64,000 nucleotides of DNA, from assembly GCA_951406725.2 (NCBI GenBank), contig OX597823.1, forward strand, positions 116,808,001-116,872,000. Direction: 5' to 3'. Positions 50,739 through 64,000 of this stretch are shown here, one piece after another (within the stretch, counting starts at the first letter, position 1; every line of letters begins with the position of its first letter). Source of the DNA: Octopus vulgaris (lineage: Eukaryota). The notes under the pieces are model-generated. The model had not been told where the DNA came from. It saw nothing but the letters and a program-made list of their open reading frames with translations, and did no database searches. The translations under genes were made by a program, and so were the position numbers.

Positions 50739-50803
<65 letters not shown>

Positions 50804-51022
50804 AGACTTATTTCCATGAGTTGATTTTTATTTTAACTTACTTTCTAATGGTAATCTCAGTTTTTTGGAGCTTTCAGTAAAAGCTTTTTAACAAATAAAA
50901 ATTCTGCTATCAGTAGCTTTAGCATATTATAAGCCATTGTAGATTATACTTTCACCTAAATATATGTCTATGGTATGTTGACTTCGATAGTGTGAGCCGA
51001 AGGAAGAGGAGACATTATTGTT

Positions 51023-51063
<41 letters not shown>

Positions 51064-51680
51064 TGCCATCATTATGATGATCATTATTACAATTATCATT
51101 AGTATCACCATCGTCATTTTCTCAGTATAACGCTGTCCTTCATTGGAATTTCCCATTATCCAATCAAATCTAAAAGATTTGGGAATAAGAGGAAGCTAGA
51201 TGTGACATAGAAAATGCAAAATCTTTCCTCATTTAAAATGGATGACTGCCAAATTTAATGAAACAGTCAAATCAGGACAAGGTTCTTATTTTCTGATAGT
51301 CTAATTAAGACCCTATTATCTGCTTAAACAGAGACCCCTTACTAATATCGATTGATATTATTCTCAGTTAGATAATGATTCAGATAATAGCAGTGGTTAT
51401 ACCATTCTTATCTGGATCCATAGCCATATCATCTGGAAAACTTCAAATTAAAATATGGTTCCTTTTGATTCTTCTTTCTTTCTGCTTGAATTTCTTCAAT
51501 TAAGAAGGAATTTATTTCTGATTATTGAGTAAAGCAATGGAGAGAGCTGCGGAAGACTTCAATGTATATATTACATACGTTAGATAGTCATCACTTTTAT
51601 ATACAAAACTATATACAATAACATACATACATACATACATATACATACATACATACATATATACATATATATACACACAC

Positions 51681-51762
<82 letters not shown>

Positions 51763-51812
51763 GTTTAAATATTTGTTGGCTAAACTGGCAATATGACCAT
51801 TCCGAAATATAA

Positions 51813-51845
<33 letters not shown>

Positions 51846-51876
51846 CATACATACATATTTATACAAATACATATAT

Positions 51877-52045
51877 AGGTGCAGGAGTGGCTGTGTAGCA
51901 AGTAGTTTACTTACCAACCACATGGTCCCAGGTTCAGTCCCACTGTGTGGCACCTTGGGTAAATGTCTTCTACTATAGCCTCAGGACAATCGAAGCCTTG
52001 TGATTGGATTTGGTAGACGGAAACTGAAAGACGCCCATCATAAGT
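51877..52045 (+). mobile_element. SINE family A head
   Basis: aggtgcaggagtggctgtgtagcaagtag...ggaaactgaaagacgccc. Confidence 0.85.
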
Positions 52046-52117
52046 ATATATATATATATATATAGTTCTGTGTATGTATGTATCCATATGCTTGTAGGTG
52101 TGAGTATACTCACACAA

Positions 52118-52164
<47 letters not shown>

Positions 52165-52342
52165 TTAAGTTTTCAAGAAAAAAACTTGACAGAAACTCTA
52201 AGGTTTTAACTCTCTTGCCTTAATCAAAGTTGTAAGTGATCATAAATGCGTACTCACCTCAAAAGCCTTGAGTCATTCTTCAGTTCAATCTTAAGGTGTT
52301 TTTATATATAACTGGATGCAAAGCAAATATAAATCAACATCT

Positions 52343-52555
52343 TAAGGCAGTTCACTGTCAGGATCATAAGTACACCAGGCAAAATGCTCAGCAACATTTC
52401 ATCAGTCTTTATCTACTTAGTCCAAATACTGCCGAGGTCAACTTTTCCCTTCATCCTTTCAGAGTTGATAAAATAAATACCAGTTGTACACTGGGGTCAA
52501 TTGAATCTAATTAACCTCTGAACCAAATTGCTGGCTTTGTGCCAAAATTTGAAAG
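52343..52555 (+). mobile_element. SINE family B
   Basis: Family B body and tail. Confidence 0.72.
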
Positions 52556-52557
52556 CA

Positions 52558-53583
52558 TTCCCAACCACATGATTCTGGGTTCAGCCCCACTGCTTGGCAC
52601 CTTGGGCAAGTGTCTTCTACTTTAGCCTCGGGCCAACCAAAGCCTTTTGCGTAGATTTCATAGATGGAAACTGAAAGAAGCCTATCGTATACATATATAT
52701 ATATATATGTATATATATATGTGTATATATATATGTATATATATATATATGTATATATATGTATATATATATATGTATATATATATGTAAATATATATAT
52801 GTTGATGAAAATCAAAATCAAAATCAAACCAAATCAAAATAGATGAACATCAATGGAATTTGTATCTTTGTGGTTCCAGTACCGGTGGCACACAGAAAAC
52901 CATCCGATCGTGGCCGTTCGCCAGCCACATCTGGCACCTGTGTCGGTGGCACATAAAGACACCATCCGAAGACCCGGCGACGTAGACAGTCCACCTGCAT
53001 ACCTTCCTTCTTGTGACACTTGTGAAGACCTGTTGAGGCAAGTGAAAATCAAATCAAATCAAATCAAAATAGATGAACATAAATGGAATTTGTATCTTTG
53101 TGGTACAGTGCCGGTGGCACACAAGAAAATCATCCGAACGTGGCCGTAGCCAGTACCGCATAGACTGGCCTCCGTGCTTTGGGGACGTATCCGATCGTGG
53201 CCGTCCGCCAGCCTCATCTGGCACCTGTGTCGGTGGCACATAAAAACACCATCCGAGCGTGGCCGTCTGCCAGCCTCGTCTGGCACCTGTGTCGGTGGCA
53301 CATAAAAACACCATCCGAGCGTGGCCGTCTGCCAGCTCGTCTGGCACCTGTGTCGGTGGCACATAAAACACCATCCGATATGGCCGTTCGCCAGCCTCGT
53401 CTGGCACCTATAAAATCACCCACTACACTCTCGGAGTGGTTGGCGTTAGGAAGGGCATCCAGCTGTAGAAACACTGCCAGATCTGACTGGCCTGGTGCAG
53501 CCTTCGGGCTCCCAGACCCCAGTTGAACCGTCCAACCCATGCTAGCATGGAAAACGGACGCTAAATGATGATGATGATGATGA

Positions 53584-53652
<69 letters not shown>

Positions 53653-53827
53653 ACTACCAATGTTGGTGTGTTTACATACCTATCACTTAGCAGTTTGGCA
53701 AAAGATACCGATAGAATAAGTACTAGGCTTACAAAAAAATAAGTCCTGGAGTCGATTTGTTTGACTAAAGGTGGTGCTTCAGCATGGCCACAGTCAGATG
53801 ACTGAAACAAGTAAAGAAATAAAAGAA
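52558..53827 (+). mobile_element. SINE family A split by a long family C composite
   Basis: A head at 52558-52690 and A tail at 53655-53827, with the insert inside the (TA)n spacer. Confidence 0.8.
52801..53585 (+). mobile_element. Family C composite element with ~61-bp tandem array and a duplicated (AAATC)n module
   Basis: Unit 'gcctcgtctggcacctgtgtcggtggcacataaaaacaccatccgagcgtggccgtctgcca' about 3.5 times at 53190-53410. Module 'aaatcaaaatagatgaacat.aatggaatttgtatctttgtgg' at 52831 and 53061. Confidence 0.88.
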
Positions 53828-53833
53828 TGTGTA

Positions 53834-55513
53834 CAATGGGGTACTCAAAAATAACCAGAAACATTCTCTGTAGTTCAGACTTCTGCCACTAGAGGCCACT
53901 TGATGTGACCCTCAGGCATCAGACTGCTGACCAGCATCATCCACTGAGGTTGCACTGCCATCTGGTGAGTCTTGTTTTGCAGTGCTTCACCCCTGTTCAT
54001 TGCTTTTGTGATGGCTGAAATGAAGGGACAGTGTGCTTCCATGAAATTCTGTTTTCTGCTGGGGAAAACAGTGGCCAAAACAGTTCTTCCATTTCAAACA
54101 GCTTATAAGGATGCCGCCATTAGCAAAACATAGATTTATGAGTGGTTTTTACACTTTAGGAATGGTCCCTTGTCACTTGAAGACCAACCTTGTTCAGGGC
54201 AACCGTCAACCTCTCTCAAACGAATGAAAGCATCACAAAAATTCACAAACTGAGGAACATCACTGAACAATTACTCTTTTATTTCTTTCAGTCATTTGAC
54301 TGCGGCCATGCTGGACCACTGCCTTGAGTCAAGCAAATCGACCCCAGGACTTATTCTTTGTAAGCCTAGTACTTATTGTATCATTTTTTTTTTTGCTGAA
54401 CCACTAAGTTACAGGGATGTAAACACACCAACATCGGTTGTCAAGTGATGTTTGGTGGGGGACAAACACAGACACACAAACATATACACACACACACACA
54501 GATACATACATACATACATATATACATATATACATATATATATATATACATATACACGATGGACTTCTTTCAGTTTCCGTCTACCAAGTCCACTCACAAG
54601 GCTTTGGTCAGCCCAAGGCTGTTGTAGAAGACACTTGCCCAAGGTGCCAAGCAGTGGGGCTGAACCCGGAACCATGTGGTTGGTAAGCAAGCTACTTGCC
54701 ACACAGCCACTCCTGCACCTATGATGAACTTTTTGATATGACTGGTGTGTCCTGAAGCTCCAGACAACAAATTTTGAGCGAGGAATTGCAAACAAAAAGA
54801 ATTGCAGCAAAATTTGTGCCTCACTTGTTCATGGAAGATCAAAAACAGTCATCACTGAATGCAGGGCATGAACTGAAAGAACAGTTTGAAGTTGATCGTG
54901 ACCTTTTTTTCAAAGGTCATCACTAGTGATAGCTGGTGCTATGGCTACAAGCCAGAAATGAAGCAGCAATCAAGTCAATGAATGCATTCAATGTGATCGT
55001 GTTCCCCAAATGTACATCAAGTGAAGTCCAATGTCAAGACGAAGCTGATTTGTTTGATCTGCAGAAAAAGAATTGCTTACAAAGTATTTGTTCCTCTCGG
55101 TCAAACTGTTAACAAGACATTTTACTGGGCAGTTCTGAAGCTTTTGTGATACATGGCACGACAAAAACGTGTGATAGTCTTTTACCAAAAAGGACATGAC
55201 CCTATTTACCCACCCTCCTTATTCCCTGATCTTGTGCCCTGCAACTTTTTTCTGTTCTCCTGAATGGAAAATTCCTTAAAGGAAAACGTTTTGCAGATGT
55301 GGAATAGGTGAAGAAACAAACAATGTAGGTATTAAAAGCTAGCTATCCCTTTGCAAGAGATCTAGGCCGACTTCAAACCGTGGAAAATGCATCTGGATTG
55401 ATGCATCGCTTTAAACGGAGAATACTTTGAAGGTGATAAAAGTGTAAATATGTGAAACTAAATGAATAAACTTATATATTGCAAAATTCCAATTACTTTT
55501 GCGTAATCACTCA
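53834..55513 (+). mobile_element. mariner transposon (decayed, near full length) interrupted by SINE A
   Basis: MKFCFLLGKT...AYKD...YEWF..F..G...LED...SG.PST; AKFVP; V.T.D.W.YGY.PE; HPPYS.DL.PC.FFLF. Degenerate TIRs with TA flanks. Confidence 0.85.
54272..54720 (-). mobile_element. SINE family A nested in the mariner
   Basis: Full-length reverse complement of family A. Confidence 0.9.
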
Positions 55514-55817
55514 TATGTATGCATACATGCATATGAAATATGAGACTGACAAGCATGATTCAATATATATATATAAAATTGGCAATATATATATATTGAA
55601 TATATATATATATATGTATTCAATATATATATTGGAAGTTTTTTTTTTTAATATCTGCTTACCCATGTCCACATATATTATTGGGGTGTATTTGAGGCAG
55701 GTCTTTTGCAGCCAAATTCTCTTCCTGTCACCAACCTTTGCACATTTACCTGTTTTTTTTTTTAACTAAGGGATTATTCTTTCAGAGGAATACCTGTGTA
55801 CACACACACACACACAC

Positions 55818-55851
<34 letters not shown>

Positions 55852-56024
55852 AGCAAAACACCCTCCCCCTATCCAATGGACAGTGCTGAGTTGAGTTGTC
55901 AAACATTTAAGCCGAATTTTCTCAAAACAACTTCTCTGACCGTCCCATAGGCCTCCCCTTTGAGAAACACTGATTTAATCTAAATTTGAGACACCAGCAA
56001 AAGAAGAAATAAAGATAGACTTTT

Positions 56025-56217
56025 TTTTCTATTCCGAAGAAAAACGATTTCCCACGGCTTTATCGATCACATTCTAACCTGGAATCGATTTTTGTAATTT
56101 TTTCAAGACTTATATATGCCCTGATACCGTCGGTATCTACATATCAAATTTGAGCGCAATCGGATGGAGGATGCCCGAGATCCTAGAAGACACACACACA
56201 TAACGATTTTATATAAT

Positions 56218-56220
<3 letters not shown>
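56025..56220 (+). mobile_element. Possible Helitron/Helentron-associated element 3' part
   Basis: 'caaatttgagcgcaatcgg...acacacacaca...ttttatataatat' resembles DINE/HINE-type ends and is CpG-rich relative to its flanks. Confidence 0.4.
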
Positions 56221-56293
<73 letters not shown>

Positions 56294-56630
56294 GTATATA
56301 CACATATATATATAAATGCTTGGCTCACTTGGTTGACCAGTTGTTTCACATGCATGTGTATATTCAGAGACAAGTGAAACAATATAAATTTAATGAAGAA
56401 GCATAATGAATTGATCATTAAGTAGAAATTTGTACCTAATTCAATAACTAAATGATTATAATAATTAGAAGGACAGTCTAGAGGAAAACAATTAATGAGA
56501 TGAAGTGGCAGAAACAAAGTTTGGGGTTTATTGGTTACTGTTCTGTACTAGCCATCGATATTTTAATTATTGCGCATGCACACACACACACACACACTTT
56601 GTGTGTCTGTGTAATAAACCATGTGCCTGT

Positions 56631-56915
56631 GAAGGTGCATGACTTAGTGGTTAAGGTGTTGCACTCATGACTGTGAGATCGTGGGTTCGATTCCCAGACC
56701 AGGTGTTGTGTAATGTTCTTGAGCAAAGCACTTCAGTTGACATTGCTCTACAATCCTTTCGATATCTGACATGCAGCCCCCACTGCACCTGTACAGGTAA
56801 TGTTGATCTGATGGAGGGAGTGAGCTTATGTCTACACAAACATTTGATCACTATAAACGAATCATCTGTATGGTTGTTCTGTAAGAAATTACTGAACCCT
56901 CATACATCATCTGTT
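56631..56915 (+). mobile_element. tRNA-derived SINE family F
   Basis: A box 'tgacttagtggttaagg', B box 'ggttcgattccc', CORE-like 'ttcttgagcaaagcactt'. Confidence 0.75.
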
Positions 56916-56928
56916 ACACATATATATA

Positions 56929-56971
<43 letters not shown>

Positions 56972-57018
56972 ATGTATGTATGTATATATACAGATATAGA
57001 TGTATGTGTGTGTGTGTA

Positions 57019-57056
<38 letters not shown>

Positions 57057-57344
57057 AGATTACTTATTTCTCACATATCTTTGCAGAACACTGAGCAAGC
57101 AGCAAAATGTCATGCTTACCTCTCTAAGCAACTTGACCCATAGCTCTGTGTTTTCAATGCAATCAAATGCAGTGGAATAAAAAATACTCTCCTTTAAACA
57201 CAGGGAAAGGATGGTAACAAGCAAGGAAGGGCTGGTGGCAAGGATATCTGGCTGAAGAAAATTGCCTCAACATACCTTTGACTGTTCCATGCCAATATGG
57301 AAAAAGTGGTCATACAAATGATGTTTATCTATTTTTCTCTCTCG

Positions 57345-57421
<77 letters not shown>

Positions 57422-57544
57422 TGTACACATATATATCATTATTTCATAATGTCCATTTTCCATCCATGCTGTGTATATGTATGTGTGAATGTATATGTAT
57501 ATATATATATATATATGTGTGTGTGTGAGTATATATATATACTT

Positions 57545-57738
57545 ACGTGCAGGTGGCACGTAAAAAGCACCCACTACACTCACGGAGTGGTTGGCATTAG
57601 GAAGGGCATCCAGCTGTAGAAACATTGCCAGATTAGACTGGAGCCTGGTGCAGCCTTCTGGCTTCCCAGAACCCCGGTCGAACCGTCCAACCCATGCTAG
57701 CATGGAGAACGGACGTTAAACGATGATGATGATGATGA
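57545..57738 (+). mobile_element. SINE family C
   Basis: Family C body with (GAT)n tail, flanked by (TA)n. Confidence 0.88.
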
Positions 57739-58337
57739 TATATATAACCCTGCTCGCTTATGTTCATAGTGTGCTAAATTTTTCTTGGGAACAATTCTTA
57801 GTGGTTGAGACCCTTGCAGATCTATCTCTAGTGTAAGAGCGTCCACATAGTGGATTCTCTCTCATATTTGTCTATATTTATATATATATATATACAAAAG
57901 TCACCTGATAGTAAATCAATATTCCATAAATATTTAATATTCAATTTTATTTATTCATTCCAATTATGAATGTTTAATAATTGAATGCTGTTAATTAAAA
58001 TCACTGTTTCTTTTTCTTCAACATTTGTCTATTTATTAGAGAAGTCTCATATAAAATAAATTTTTGTTTTACTCTTGGAATTAAGAGGTTTTGATATACT
58101 GTCAGATGACTTTTGGCCAACCCTGTATATATATATATATATATATATCCATATCCATCCAAAGGCAACAATAAAACACCCAGACAGATAAATAATAAAA
58201 AAAAAACAGGCAAGAACAACAAAGGACAGGTCATTCGCAGCAATCTCTCCTCAGTCAAGAAACCAGAAAATCCCAGCAGTTTCAGCCAATATATGTGTGT
58301 ATGTATTTTGTATGTATCTATCTATCTATCTGTCTAT

Positions 58338-58377
<40 letters not shown>

Positions 58378-59086
58378 AGAATAGGGATTAAAATATCCAG
58401 TCAGATATCAATAAAGCACTTAGTTTTAAAAGAGTTTGTTTAACTACATTCAACAATCAGCCACCAGTAAATGTAAGTAGAATACTCATCTAAGGTAAAT
58501 CCACATGTATGACAAGTAAATCCAAATATCATTTAGAAGAATTCCAAGAAATTCAGAGTATTTGACAAGAAAAAAATACATACAGAGAAAATCACATCTT
58601 TATTGTGGAATTACCCTAAGAAGCCAACAATTGTTTCTATTGTATTAACTAATATATACACACATGCACTATGAATGGTATATACAACCATGAACAAGCA
58701 GGCAGTTTATTCTTTAAGAAGTTTAGAAATGGAAAATGTAAAGCGACGTTGGTAGGGAAAAGAAAAATCAAAATGTAAAACTGCAATTCATTGAAAGACT
58801 TGTTTTACTGTCCTGAGAGTTGATTTATTTCAAGGAATTTATTTCATGAAATTATTATAAAAGTAAAGAAGGGAGATTAAAAGAAGAATTGATAACCATT
58901 TCTTGTAAAAGTTCATTTATGCATATCACAGAAATTCCAAACTATATTCATGCAAAAGATGCTAAAGAAATTTATGTTTTCCCAATATTTTAACTTTAGA
59001 TTTTTCGTGATCATTATTACTTTATATTACAAGCAATTCTTTTCCTTTTTTTTTTTTCTCTTACCATTGATTAAAATTTATGTCCA

Positions 59087-59122
<36 letters not shown>

Positions 59123-59152
59123 CATCTTTAGAAACTGTTTTCCTGCAGCAGC

Positions 59153-59312
59153 AGGCACAGGCATGGCTGTGTGGTGAAGTTTGCTTCCCAATCATGTGGT
59201 TTGGAGTTCAGTCACACTGTTTTCCATCTTGGGAAGGTGTCTTCTGCTATAGCTCCATGTCAGCCAAAACCTTGCAAGTGGTTTTGGTAAGTGGTAACTG
59301 AAAGAAACCTGT
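59153..59312 (+). mobile_element. SINE family A head (decayed)
   Basis: aggcacaggcatggctgtgtggtgaag...aactgaaagaaacc, followed by (TA)n. Confidence 0.75.
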
Positions 59313-59343
59313 TGAATGTTTGTATGTATATATACATATATAT

Positions 59344-59420
<77 letters not shown>

Positions 59421-59521
59421 TATATATACATATATATATGCACATATATATATATATACATATATATACACATATATATATACATATATATACACATACA
59501 TATATACACACACACACACGC

Positions 59522-59563
<42 letters not shown>

Positions 59564-60367
59564 TTAATAATTATATATATCATTATATTAATGGAGCAGA
59601 GTGAAATGACCTGTTTCCTAAATGCTTGAAATAAATGCCAAGATGCTAAGAAACTACCAAATAACTCCAAAGACAGAGGCTGCAGTCAGGCAGGTGAAAA
59701 TATACTAAAAAAGACTTCACATTAATTGTGAATTGGATCCAATTTCTTGAATAAGCCATAAAAGAAACCTTTTTCCTTCATCAACACAGTACATGGGAAT
59801 ACACATACAAATAATTATACATACCTGTACAAAGCAGATTTACACATCTACAAACAAATATTTGCACTTATAGACCAAAAATAAGTTAGATTTATATTTA
59901 TACATGACAACTACATGTATTATCAAAATAGCTCCACAGGAAATGCGATTTTGATCAGAAGTAAAAATATATTATTTTATTTTATTTATTCTTAATAGAA
60001 TAGAAAGATAAGATCATGCTAATTATTATATCAAGTACTCAGCATGAAATAAAAATTTATAGGAAATTTATATATTAAATTAATAATTTCATATATTCAT
60101 ATATATAGTTATATCAAAGGAGCAGGTGTATACGTGCAAGTATTTGTATGTAGACATGTGAATCCACTTTGTATGGGTCTGTATAATTATTTGTATGTAT
60201 TTTCTCGTGTATTGTGTTGACAAAGGGAAAGAGTCTTTTTTAATGGCTTTAATCCAGAAATGATGATGGTGATGATGACGTGGCAGAGATGAGGGCAACA
60301 GTGAAGATGATGTTGACACACATGCCCACATATACGCAATAACGTCAAATTGAAATTATTATTTTAT

Positions 60368-60762
60368 AGGTGCAGGAGTGACTGTGTGGTAAGTAGCTTG
60401 CTTACCAACCACATGGTTCTGGGTTCAGTCCCACTACGTGGCACCTTGGGCAAGTGTCTTCTACTATAGCCTCGGGCCGACCAAAGCCTTGTGAGTGGAT
60501 TTGGTAGACAGAAACTGAAAGAAGCTCGCTGTATATATGTTTATGTATATGTATGTGTTTGTAACCCCCCCCCCCCAAACATCACTTGATAACCAATGCT
60601 GGTGTGTTTACGTCTCCGTAACTTAGCGGTTCGGCAAAATAGACCGATAGAATAAGTACTAGGCTTACAAAGAATAAGTCCTGGGGTTGATTTGCTCGAC
60701 TAAAGGTGGCGCTCCAGCATGGCTGCAGCCAAATGACTGAAACAAGTTAAAGAGTAAAAGAG
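60368..60762 (+). mobile_element. SINE family A, compact full-length copy
   Basis: tRNA-like head with A and B boxes, CORE-like 'ccttgggcaagt', short microsatellite spacer, and a tail ending aaagagtaaaagag. Confidence 0.92.
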
Positions 60763-61228
60763 GAAGCTTAAGAATAACACCTGAATGGTTCCTAAAATGG
60801 AAGTTGAATCTATTGTAGAATTCCTGTTGAGTGGAGCTTTATGTTTCACCTGACAGTTTATTCAATCAACATGTATGTATGTATGTACATGTGCATGCCT
60901 GCAGCTGCTGATTAGTGGAGTAGATTAGCCCTTTTAATGTGGAAAGCAGTTATATCCACTCAAAATTTAATCTATCCTTAACTACAGTAAGCATTTTTAC
61001 ATACCAATCTATCTTTTGTTGGGGAACTTTATGATTCAAACTATTTTTAGCTGAGATATCTCAAGTTTATTGAGACAACTTGACTTTCAGAAAATGCTAA
61101 GTTTATATTTTGGTAGATATTTGATATTACTGAAACAAGTATGAAATTTAGTTTCACAATAAAAGGCTTGAAATATCACTAAAATCTGACTTTAATTGGC
61201 TGTGGACTTTTACTCGTTTAGTAGTAGA

Positions 61229-61360
61229 AGGAGGAGGAGGAGTGGCGGTGGAGGAGGAGGAGTGGCGGTGGAGGAGAGGGAGGAGTGGCAGTGGAGGAGG
61301 AGGAGTGGCAGTGGAGGAGGAGGAGTGGCAGTGGAGGAGGAGGAGTGGCAGCGGTGGTGG
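61229..61360. repeat. G-rich ~21-bp tandem repeat (ggaggaggagtggcagtgga)
   Basis: About 6 units visible. Confidence 0.9.
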
Positions 61361-61429
61361 TTTACTGGTGGTGATTGTAACTGGTTATAGCAGTATTGAC
61401 AGTGATGGTAGCAGTGATACTGATTATGG

Positions 61430-61650
61430 TCATCGTCAAGATTTAACATCCGTTTTCCATGCTGGCATGGGTTGGGTGGCTTGACAGGAACTGACAAGAT
61501 CAGGGGGCCTGCACTAGGTTACTTAGTTTGTTTCGGTTTGGTTCCTACAACTGGATACCCTTCCTAATGCCAACCACTTTACAGAGTGTACTGGGTGCTT
61601 TTTATGTGGCACCAGCATCCACATCAATGCTTTTTACGTGGCACCTTGGT
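61430..61650 (-). mobile_element. SINE family C variant
   Basis: Reverse complement of the family C body. Confidence 0.7.
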
Positions 61651-61692
61651 TTTAGGATTTCAATTTTAATGTGGTGGGTAGGTCTTCTTGGT

Positions 61693-61952
61693 GGAGGCGC
61701 AATGGCCCAGTGGTTAGGGCAGCGGACTCGCAGTCGGAGGATCGCAGTTTCGATTCCCAGACCGGGCATTTTGTGTGTTTATTGAACGAAAACACCTAAA
61801 AGCTCCACAAGGTTCTCTCACTCTCTCTTCCTGTTTCTTGAGTAATGCTGTGATGGACTGGCAGCCTGTCCAGCTGGGGTGGGGGGAACACATACGCCAC
61901 AGAAACCGGGAAACCGGACCCATGAGCCTGGCTAGGCTTCAAAAGAGCGAAA
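61693..61952 (+). mobile_element. SINE with family D head and alternative 3' body
   Basis: Head nearly identical to 42546-42936; body matches 45686-45985. Confidence 0.82.
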
Positions 61953-62575
61953 AGAAAGCAAGGTATTCTTGAGCACAGCAGTGCACCACATATCTCAGTC
62001 CTCTGTCAACAAATCAATATGTATACCCAGGATCTGTGGAACTAACTAAACTAGTCATGGGAGAACTGCAGCAGCCCATGGGGCTTTTTGAATGGTACAC
62101 CTAACAAAAAATACCCTGACATTTTTAGTAGTACACTCCAGTTGAGGATGAGCCATGTCCCTTGTGGCCCACTTCATCACAATTGTTGCCCATACCTGAA
62201 CTAAACTATAACCTACTTGGGCTGATCAAGGGCTTGCAACTAAAATTTGGTAAATGGAAACTGTGTGGAAGCCTGTCAGCAGAAACATGCCTATTTGTGG
62301 GTGGTAGACATAATGCCACAATTTGGTCTACATTGCTGGAATGAGCCATACCATCTCAACGAGTTTTTTTTTCCAGCATCCATCATAAAGGCTATCAAAA
62401 ATACATGATGCTGCCCTTTTTATTTTATTAGTGGTGGTCATGGCTGGGTGGAGGTGGTAATAATGGTTCCATCATAGTGTTGCTTGTAGTTATGGTTGTA
62501 ATGATAACTTTAGCAGCACTTTTAGTTATGGTTCTAATAATGGTTGTGGTAGTGGTTGTGATGGAGGTATAAGGG

Positions 62576-62614
<39 letters not shown>

Positions 62615-64000
62615 ATAGTAGATTTGTTCATAACGTCGCAAGATTGTTGAAGGCGGTAGTGTAGGCAGTAGCAGTGGTAGTAGGGGTGATGATAGTGGTC
62701 ATTGTGTCGGTTGTAATAGTAGTAGTAGTATTCATAATGACAAAATATTGGCAAAGAAAGTAATGGCGGTAGTAGAAGTGGTGGTAGTGGTTATGGTAGT
62801 AGTCATTGTGGTAGTGGTGGTGATGATGGTAGTAATAGTAGTAGTAGATTTATTCATGACAAGATATTGTTAAAGGAGGTAGTGGAGGTGGTGGTGAGAG
62901 TAGTAGTAGCAGTGGTAGTACAGTGATGGTGATGGTGGTGGTGGTGGCGGTGGTAGTGTGTAAAACATTCTGAGTATTTATTGCAGTTCTTTACAGAGGA
63001 TGCTCGATATGAATTCATCAAAGGGAATCGGTGAGATGGCGGAGGGAGAAGGGTGAAAGGGAGAGAATGAAGAAATAAAACAAATTTTAACAACAACAAC
63101 ACACAATAACAACAACAACAGCAAGCAAGATAAAGATCATCTTTCACTATAATCTCTAGCATGCTGCTTGATTTACAAGTAACCACATCCCCTCTTAATA
63201 TAATTTATCACAAATCTCAGATCATTAATAATTCATATTGTAACAATCCAACTGAAATCCCAACACACCAATTCTTTTCTAAGTTAAGGAATTTTACTTA
63301 ATTTTTCTTCTTTTTTTACCAAATCTGCTTGCCATGCTATGATTTCATCTAACCTTATCCTGCTAAAAATGTCTGGAGGTGTAAAATGGAAAATTATGGA
63401 AGCAACGTTGATTTTTTTTTTTTTTTTACATCTTTCCATATCTGCCCATAATATCAATCATTCTATGGGTTCAATTAGCCAGCTAGAAATAGCACCCATA
63501 TCAAACTACATCTCCACCATCATAACAGGAAAAGAATACATTGGAGAATGTACTCCTAGATACACTGTGCTTGAAAATTGCATAGCAGCTTGGTCAAAAC
63601 TGAAGTGCTTTCGAATATGCTTTTTCTTTATTTACAAATTTTAAATTCCTCAGTTGTCATCATCACCACCACCACCACCGCCTCTGTCTTCATTATCAAC
63701 TTCCAGCGGATTCTCAGAGGCCTAAGGCACATGTATATTAGATGGAGAGAAACTTCTCAAGAAGTTGAGTGTTTGATGTCAGCACGATTTCTTTGAATTT
63801 TGTAGATCGTTGGTTTCCTTGGGATCTGGTCAAAAAATTTGTCAGTACCTTTGTTGGTCATTCCCAGGGTACACAAAAAGAACAGGAATGGTTTTGGTTT
63901 TTAATTGCCACATCCTATGTTGTTATATTATGACAGGTGAACTCTGCATTCCATGGCTACTGATATGCAGACTCATGCCATTTTTCCTTAATGGTAAGCA

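Noticed and set aside
53054-53526. Repetitive ORFs and a repeat array superficially like a CRISPR or repeat protein
   Set aside because: Units are contiguous with no unique spacers, lie inside a SINE, and there are no cas genes. The context is eukaryotic.
58600-58720. GAAACAAUUGUU on the minus strand resembling hammerhead stem III
   Set aside because: No recognisable CUGANGA box or stem I/II pairing.

Overview
AT-rich, microsatellite-saturated animal genomic DNA. The SINE families and repeat landscape suggest an Octopus-like coleoid cephalopod, which is an inference. The only host-gene sequence I can support is one 203-nt + strand exon (1475-1677) of cytosolic carboxypeptidase 6 (AGBL4/CCP6), followed by two decayed tandem copies of that exon. 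No downstream exon was recognised, so the remaining ~62 kb is probably one giant intron. It is filled with nested mobile elements: several tRNA-derived SINE families, RTE, CR1 and R4/Dong LINE fragments, Tc1, mariner, pogo and Chapaev3 DNA transposons, and a solo LTR. The most striking feature is a cluster of Penelope-like retroelements (GIY-YIG, Naiad-like CxCx5C) in (TA)n tracts. They have near-perfect outward-facing inverted terminal arms (200 bp and ~780 bp), and each arm carries a type I hammerhead ribozyme. Further stand-alone hammerheads and a 134-bp-arm palindrome are also present. Nearly all ORFs in the supplied track are microsatellite or repeat artefacts. Repeat boundaries were read by eye and are approximate unless a TSD or TIR is cited.
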